NCBI RefSeq assembly: GCF_001194135.2
Contig: NC_068998.1
Span: 51,038,348 to 51,102,347, forward strand
Length of the DNA stretch: 64,000 nucleotides
Direction of reading: 5' to 3'
From: Octopus bimaculoides
Lineage: Eukaryota
Shown: piece by piece, positions 56,769-64,000 of the stretch
Layout of the letters: every line of letters starts with the position of its first letter
Numbering within the stretch: position 1 is the first letter of the stretch
Notes under the pieces: model-generated
The model's database searches: none
What the model was told of the DNA's origin: nothing
Seen by the model: the letters and a program-made list of their open reading frames with translations, nothing else
Program-made: the position numbers and the translations under genes

Positions 56769-57115
56769 TTTTATACACGCATATATAGTATATTGTTTGC
56801 GTTATTAAAAGAGATTATTTCTTAACATGGATTTTTTTCTAACCCGGTGAGAATGTTCAATGGTTCCATTATTTTAAGTATTATTTATATTAATGCACAC
56901 AGGTCAATAAACAATTTACTTGTTATAAAATATAATAAAATGAATTATCTACGCATGTTTTATTAAGCTGTGAAACAATTGTTTTTATATAAGGATTTCC
57001 ATTGATTAAATGAATTTTATAATACTGGTATTTTCTCTGGTTATTTATGACTTTAGTTATATAACACATATTCATACCGTATATACATAAATAAATCAAT
57101 ATGCGTGTAAGCAAG

Positions 57116-57138
57116 CAGCTGTTACATCGAACTATATG
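57116..57138 (+). promoter_or_regulatory. Gene 6 core promoter: CAGCTG-TTACATCG-TATATG
   Basis: Homologous cassette 64-86 nt upstream of the ATG at 57202. Confidence 0.5.
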
Positions 57139-57201
57139 TGACACACTCTCCTGAAAGTGTCCACCACTTGAGCAGACGTTGCTGGAACACGAAAATCTAC
57201 G

Positions 57202-59951
57202 ATGAAATGTATTATATACTTGTGTCTTCTCACCGTAGGTAAGTAGGCAAAAGAAAAATAAAGGTTGACCATCTTTTTCCCTATCAATTTCTGAGACTCA
57301 ATGTAAATTGATCCTGACTATGTGTCTGTCTCTCTGTCTTACTATCTATCTATCTATCTAGCTATCTCTCTCAATCCCCTTCTGAATCTCTTCACCTCTG
57401 AATCCGTCTGTTTCTCGTTTACTTTTCTTTCTGTTTTCTCTGCCTTTTCTGCCCACATATATACATGTGTGTATGCGTGTGTACATAGAACGAGAGAAAT
57501 AGCAATATATAATCTCACTAAACTTTCGACATATTTTAGTTAAAAAATAAATTTAATCAATGCTTTTTACAAACATTAATGAAATATATTACTAAAAAGT
57601 TTTACTTTCGAACATGGCTTCAGCAGCAACGCGATGCCCTGTGTCCGCTTATACAGAATTGCTCAAGACGTTTATTATATTACTTCAAGAAACTTACTCA
57701 ATAAATATATAATTGTAAAACAAAAGAATACAGCCTGTCTTCTCAACACAAGCCTCTACATTGAACAGACTGGAGGCACAAAAATTATAAACTTTATATA
57801 TTTCATAATTAGGGTAATAATACAAGCAAGTTTCAGATCAGAAAACTATGAAGATACGTACAAACTATATCAGTTTCTTTAATTATTAACTGTGTAATCC
57901 TATTAAATGTTCCCACAACGTCAGTAACGCAAAATAATTGTATAACAATAATTATAAACTTTTACTGTATCTAACAAAGCAAGCTTTATACATCCTAAAT
58001 TTCCTCCCACAGAAAGGCAGTTGATATACTTATATACACATATTCATTTATTATATTCATTCAATGTTGTAAGAATTTTAAAGAACTTACCGTTTAAACT
58101 TTGTAGGTGCTGCTAAGAATATGTCTTGTAATTCCGAAGACCTATGCCCCGATGCCTGGATAAAATATCCAATAACAACGCATGATATAAACTACTGCCC
58201 GTACGTTTTTCCCTAGTTTTCGTTCTTACTATGCCTATCACGTCTATTATTTAAGTTTTAATTTATTTAATGAGTGATCATATCATCTGTATATATAATA
58301 ATTAGGTTTTTAATTACCATGGTAACGTCTAGAAATGTTCAGCTAGATTGCAGTCCATTGAAGCTAAGAAAGTCCTTATATTAGTGTACATGTTACATAG
58401 AACGAAAGAACGTTAGTATATGCAATAGGTTTGAATCCAGAAAGAAAATATATTACAAAGAACAATGTTCAGTGGACTACAGATTATGCCATTCAAAGTT
58501 AGTTTTGTCCCTTACAGGACAGCCATATTATGTTGGCAATTAAAGTTTATTTTGAATATTATGATTTTGATTAAACTTTGTATAGTATAATTATAGTTAA
58601 TATCTGAAGTATGAAAGACAAATAAGACAAAGAAATTTTCTGTCAAACTATAAAATGCAAAATAATGCAACACAGTTTTAAATAGTCTTAAATGGTACTC
58701 ATTTCATCAGACAGCAGATTTTAAACTTATAGATAATGCAGGAATGATACTTTTATTTTTCAAAACTGTTTTCTACTGATGTATGATGTTTATTTGCAGA
58801 CGAATTAAAATGTATGAAGTTTGTACGAAGAATCATCACCCAGAGTGTCTCGCTTTCTACATATATCTTTATCGCTTGTTATGTATTGGTAAGATATTTT
58901 GATTTTGTAAGATTAATATTACAAACAATATACCAAACAATATACATTTAAAAATTTACTTTAGGATTTCACTATGATGTCTATTAACATTCATTTACAA
59001 GTAGCATTTTAAATTACGGTATAAAATACGGCCATTAAAAATTATGTAGTTGCATATATTATTAGCTATTTAATATACGATGCAGCACTGAAAACATACC
59101 ATACGGTTTGGTTCTTAACATTCCCAAATTTTATCCCTCTCAATTCGAATTATTCATAAATACTCGCAGTACCAATTATATACTACGGTATTCTATGTGA
59201 ATTTGATGAACGTCTGATATTTACTTTTATCAATGAATATGACGAAAGTGTAGGAATGCAAAGTTAAATTGTGACAAGTACCGTAAATCCTCGAGTATAA
59301 TCCGCATTTTTTTTCCCAAATTTAAAAGTCAAAAATTCTTAGTGCGTACTATATACGAGGTTAAAAATGAAAAATATCTTCTAAGCAATGTCCGAGTCTC
59401 ACTTTGCTGTCCGGCAATGTTTATTCAGACGCATTTTGTGATGTCGGGCGCGAAAATACTTTAAGCTAAGCCTGAAAGCAATGAAGTCATAAAAGAATCA
59501 TCCATAACTTGCAGTAAGCAACATTTATCAAAATAAAAGTATTCAGAACACAGAGTAACATGCAACAAAAACAATTTACAAACATATTTACATTCCCATA
59601 TAACAGTTAAGAACATCACCATTATTGAATTACGCATAAGGGGTGCGTATTATACACAAGGTTTAGGTTTTTCAGAGGTACAGCCCCCTAAAAATCCCCT
59701 GCCTATTATACTCAAGGGCGGACTATACTCGAGGATTTACGGTACTTGGAACAATCCTAAGTATTTACTTGCCCCACCTTTGATTATTACCGGTTTATTA
59801 TTTGGGGATTAACAACTTCAGTCTAATTATACTGATTTCTTCGCCTATTCCAGATCCTAAACCATTAGAGAGTCGTGCTTCGCCCTGCTTTATGAGTTCC
59901 TACAACATATTACTGATACATATTTTATTGATGTTGATGTGCTGCAATTGA
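57202..59951 (+). CDS. Cluster gene 6 (subfamily B): secreted, probably GPI-anchored six-Cys protein, 105 aa
   Basis: Exons 57202-57238, 58107-58200, 58800-58888, 59854-59951, with no N-gaps inside the gene. Protein MKCIIYLCLLTVGAAKNMSCNSEDLCPDAWIKYPITTHDINYCPRIKMYEVCTKNHHPECLAFYIYLYRLLCIDPKPLESRASPCFMSSYNILLIHILLMLMCCN*. Sequon NMS. Confidence 0.88.
59281..59742. mobile_element. Tc2/pogo-like MITE in gene 6 intron 3
   Basis: TIRs CCGTAAATCCTCGAGTATA.TCCGC / GCGGA.TATACTCGAGGATTTACGG flanked by TA on both sides. Confidence 0.85.
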
Positions 59952-61946
59952 AAATCACCCGAAAAGAATATATTTGATGTAATAATGTGTGTAAAAATAT
60001 AATCAATTTCTATTTTGTTACATTCGATATGCACAATGTATTTATGTGTTATAGTTTTCAGTTGAACATATGCTTGTAATCTGAAACTGAGGAATTGATG
60101 TCAAACACTTTTCCATTAAAGTAAATCTTAGATGTTTTACATTCTGTGTCTGGGTAAGTCGCAGGTTCTCATGTCTTAGCCACTGTTCCGATATTTTAAC
60201 TTTACAAGCATTTCTCACCACCTGTTGTGACATTATCATCAGCGTTCAAACAACTGAACATTTCTTGTCAGACTGTGGTAATTCGATGGATCTAAAAAGT
60301 TTGTTTTAAAATTAACCTTTTACTAATGCCTATTTCCTGGAAACATGATGATGAGCAGTCAAGCGACCACTTTCAGGGTTCAATGCACGCAATTTCTCAA
60401 TATGATCATTGTCCCTTATCGAGGAATTTCGTCCGAATCAGGATTGGCTGTGATAGATGTGCTTCTCAATTAGAAATAATGGTACCATTTGAGACACTGT
60501 GCGACTCAACAAAGCTTCACTTTAGACGCCTAGCAAAATTAGGAAGAAGGTGTCCACAAAAGTTTTTCTCAGTTTCAAACAGAATTTCACTCAAACACGT
60601 TGCTTATTCAAATTTTGATTCGGCAACCTGTAACAAACCAAAAGGTGGAATCGATATGCATTCATTCTAGCAATTCTAGCGTAGACTAACAAGCGAATTG
60701 TGAAGAAGCTATTTATTTAATTGATAGCCAAGATTAATCATATAGGGAAATGTGGCTGTCATGGACCAGCAGCAGTTGATTGACGCCCTATTTGAATACA
60801 ATTATCGGGTTTGAACCAGCCTTAGATGAAGGATTAATTTCATTTTTGTTAGGTCGTTACGCGGTAGGATCGCAGCGAGTACCGACTAGTATCAGTGAAA
60901 AGTGATACATAAGACAGACAGACAGACAAATAAATAGATAGAGTGGTAGGTAGGTAGATAGGTAGATGGATAGATAGATAGATTGGTAGGTAGATACAGA
61001 GATAGCTACTCCCTATAGTCATATAAATATTAATATCACAGTCATGTTATAATACATTATCATTGATAGCTGTTGATTTCCTATCCAAAACCATGACGAA
61101 ACAATCCACAATAAATCGTCATTCACAAAGTTACAACAATTGTCTTCAATTCGGATTTTCAATGATAATTTTATTTTCAATCTCTTAACAGATTATGTCC
61201 TTACCACAAATCGAATCTGAAGCTGCAATTGTGAACAATATAAGGAAACCATATATACATACATACATGTGCATATATATNNNNNNNNNNNNNNNNNNNN
61301 NNNNNNNNNNNNNNNNNNNNNNNNNNNNNNNNNNNNNNNNNNNNNNNNNNNNNNNNNNNNNNNNNNNNNNNNNNNNNNNNNNNNNNNNNNNNNNNNNNNN
61401 NNNNNNNNNNNNNNNNNNNNNNNNNNNNNNNNNNNNNNNNNNNNNNNNNNNNNNNNNNNNNNNNNNNNNNNNNNNNNNNNNNNNNNNNNNNNNNNNNNNN
61501 NNNNNNNNNNNNNNNNNNNNNNNNNNNNNNNNNNNNNNNNNNNNNNNNNNNNNNNNNNNNNNNNNNNNNNNNNNNNNNNNNNNNNNNNNNNNNNNNNNNN
61601 NNNNNNNNNNNNNNNNNNNNNNNNNNNNNNNNNNNNNNNNNNNNNNNNNNNNNNNNNNNNNNNNNNNNNNNNNNNNNNNNNNNNNNNNNNNNNNNNNNNN
61701 NNNNNNNNNNNNNNNNNNNNNNNNNNNNNNNNNNNNNNNNNNNNNNNNNNNNNNNNNNNNNNNNNNNNNNNNNNNNNNNNNNNNNNNNNNNNNNNNNNNN
61801 NNNNNNNNNNNNNNNNNNNNNNNNNNNNNNNNNNNNNNNNNNNNNNNNNNNNNNNNNNNNNNNNNNNNNNNNNNNNNNNNNNNNNNNNNNNNNNNNNNNN
61901 NNNNNNNNNNNNNNNNNNNNNNNNNNNNNNNNNNTATATATATATA

Positions 61947-62247
61947 TATTGTTTGCGTTATTAAAAGGAATCATTTCTTAACATGGACTTCTTCTAACCC
62001 GATGAGATCGCTCAATGTTTGCATTATTTTAAATATATTAAGGCAGACATGTCAATAAACAATTTACTTGTTATAAAATATAATAAAATAAATTATCTAC
62101 GCATGTTTTATTAAGCTGTGAAACAATTGTTTTTATATAAGAATTTCCATTGATTAAATGAATTTTATAATGCTGGTATTTTCTCTGGTTATTTATGACT
62201 TTATATATATATAATACATATTCATACCGTACATACATATATAAATC
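61947..62247 (+). repeat. Direct duplicate of the gene 6 upstream flank (56791-57098)
   Basis: About 300 bp of high similarity (e.g. shared TATCTACGCATGTTTTATTAAGCTGTGAAACAATTGTTTTTATATAAG). Homology ends just before the promoter cassette. Confidence 0.85.
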
Positions 62248-62989
62248 TATGTATATATTCACATATATATTTCAGTATATCCGAAAAACGAAAGAAAGGG
62301 GAATTTGTTCAAAAACATTCAATCTTCACGCATAATTCCACAATCAGTACTCAGGAGGCTCCTTTCCTCAAGCCCCAGGCTCATCCGAAATAATCTTTAC
62401 TCAAAATAGAGATATTTAATAGAAATAGTTTATTCAGGTTTTCACATTCAATCAAAAACCACAAAACAACACTTAGATATTTGTTATAATTTTATTTACA
62501 TACATTTGTATTTCGCACATTTGTAATTATCACAGCTTCAGTACTAAGCGCTGACTGGAATATTAACTGCAATGAGAATAGAATACAACTGTTATTCAAA
62601 CATTTGTATTGAAAAGATGTTTGATTAAAATTAGACTAAGGGAGTTTCTCGTAGATAATTTAGTATTGCCTGTCGTTAGTTTATGCGACATGTCGAGCGC
62701 ACTAGCTTCCCACTAACCAGTCTCCGCCATGTTTCAATGCTACCTATTTATCATTTGTTTCAAGGTTTGCATCCCCCAGCAAAGGTTTCACACATGTTTA
62801 ATAAGATTTGTTCCTTCTATTGTCATGTACTGGTTCTCACAACAATATTTAACAAACAGCTTCATTTTTTCCCTTCGCCACCTGCCCCACAGACTTAAAT
62901 TCTGCTGCGTTGTTTAATTGTTTTTGTTAATAACAATAATTATATATTTCCATTTAATACGCTATTTGATAAATGTTTCGCCCAAAAAA

Positions 62990-63420
62990 CGTTCTTCACT
63001 CTCCTTTACATATTCGTAAGTGATCCATTCTATTACTTTAATAAGTGTCCAGCATTCAGAGCCTTATAACAATGCGCTTTCTACAGCAGTTCTAAACGAA
63101 ATATATTTTGAAGTCATTTCACTCTCCATATTGTGGACAGCTTGTTCCTTGCTGTCCATGCTAATTCAATTGTCATTTCATTATCTTCATTTCAGTTTTC
63201 TATCCAAACTCCCAGGTCCTTTTCACATTTCAAGATTGCAACCGTTGATGACATAATTTATTTTACTTTTCATTGATGCTATTGTCCCACAATTTCAACG
63301 AATAAAGAAGACGTGATTTAGTTTGACGTTTTACCACAATCTCAGTGATCTAACTAAAACAAATCCGAAAAGCTATTCCAAAACTATTGGAGTTGGTGTG
63401 GAAGGAAAAGTCTAAAGAAA
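62990..63420 (-). mobile_element. RTE-type LINE relic
   Basis: Plus-strand SVQHSEPYNNALSTAV corresponds to the antisense of the RTE 'AVESVLLYGSECWTL' motif. Confidence 0.45.
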
Positions 63421-64000
63421 TATGCTAAGGGATCAATCAACCTTTCACCAATTTGCAAACTGACATGTTAAATATTTCCTTGAACTCTCGGAGATAAATC
63501 GACAATAGACTTCCCAAAAATAATGCAACAGATTTAGTCTGATATTACATTGGCACAATTAATGTTACAGTCAAATAATCAATATAGTAATCGTTATATT
63601 GCACTAACAGCACGCTAATATTTTAGTAACATTAAGGATTATCAAAGCAACATTACAGTATTATGTTATGATTAAGGAACTTGTATATAATATCGTTAGC
63701 CTACAGTGTATAATATATTTGTATTAATGGTTATACAGATATATCAGTGTATTACCAGAGTTATATCGAAACCGCATTATCGTGTATAATGAAGATACAT
63801 GGCATATTTTCTGTTAATGATTCGCTGATACATCAGAGATTGAGACTTTTAGTTGGAAATAATAATCATTGAGATATTTCTATGATAATTTCTTGTTGAT
63901 ATATTCATGTTAGTATTATATGACCGCATTAATACTGTCAGATAATTCAATTGCCATTTGTATTTCCTACCGAAGGAAAATAGTTGAAAATATTGTGAAA

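Noticed and set aside
59930-59951. Assigning the family to Ly6/uPAR because gene 6 ends in CCN
   Set aside because: The CCN arises from mutated stop-region codons at the extreme hydrophobic tail. The domain has six Cys with spacing unlike three-finger proteins.
60080-60660. Possible LINE RT relic on the minus strand (NADD-like motif)
   Set aside because: Too decayed to support confidently from sequence alone.
62972-63020. ATG...C|GTAAGT as first exon of a seventh gene
   Set aside because: Not hydrophobic, wrong length, no promoter cassette, and embedded in LINE-like sequence.

Overview
Eukaryotic, AT-rich, microsatellite- and transposon-dense genomic DNA with 16 N-gaps. The SINE/MITE repertoire and style suggest an octopus (coleoid cephalopod) draft assembly; this is inference. 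The supplied ORF track is almost entirely microsatellite/gap artefact. Reading splice signals by hand reveals a tandem array of six intact, co-oriented (+ strand) paralogous multi-exon genes built from tiny exons (18-125 nt). Each encodes a roughly 105-135 aa protein with an N-terminal signal peptide, a six-cysteine domain C-x5-CP-x13/15-C-x8-C-x7-C-x11/12-C, a short Pro/Ser-rich stalk and a hydrophobic GPI-signal-like tail. I do not recognise the family. The paralogues share exon phases and a promoter cassette (CAGCTG-TTACGTCA-TATA), yet are hypervariable between the cysteines. They differ by 0, 1 or 2 frame-preserving N-terminal micro-exons. Genes 1-4 share a GTGTGA that can act either as Val-stop or as a splice donor to a conserved short terminal exon. 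An orphan terminal exon and a truncated seventh upstream block point to ongoing birth-and-death evolution. The remainder is decayed LINE, SINE, Tc1/mariner, piggyBac-like, Chapaev-like and Helitron relics. There are no prokaryotic features, rRNA, bona fide tRNA or CRISPR arrays.
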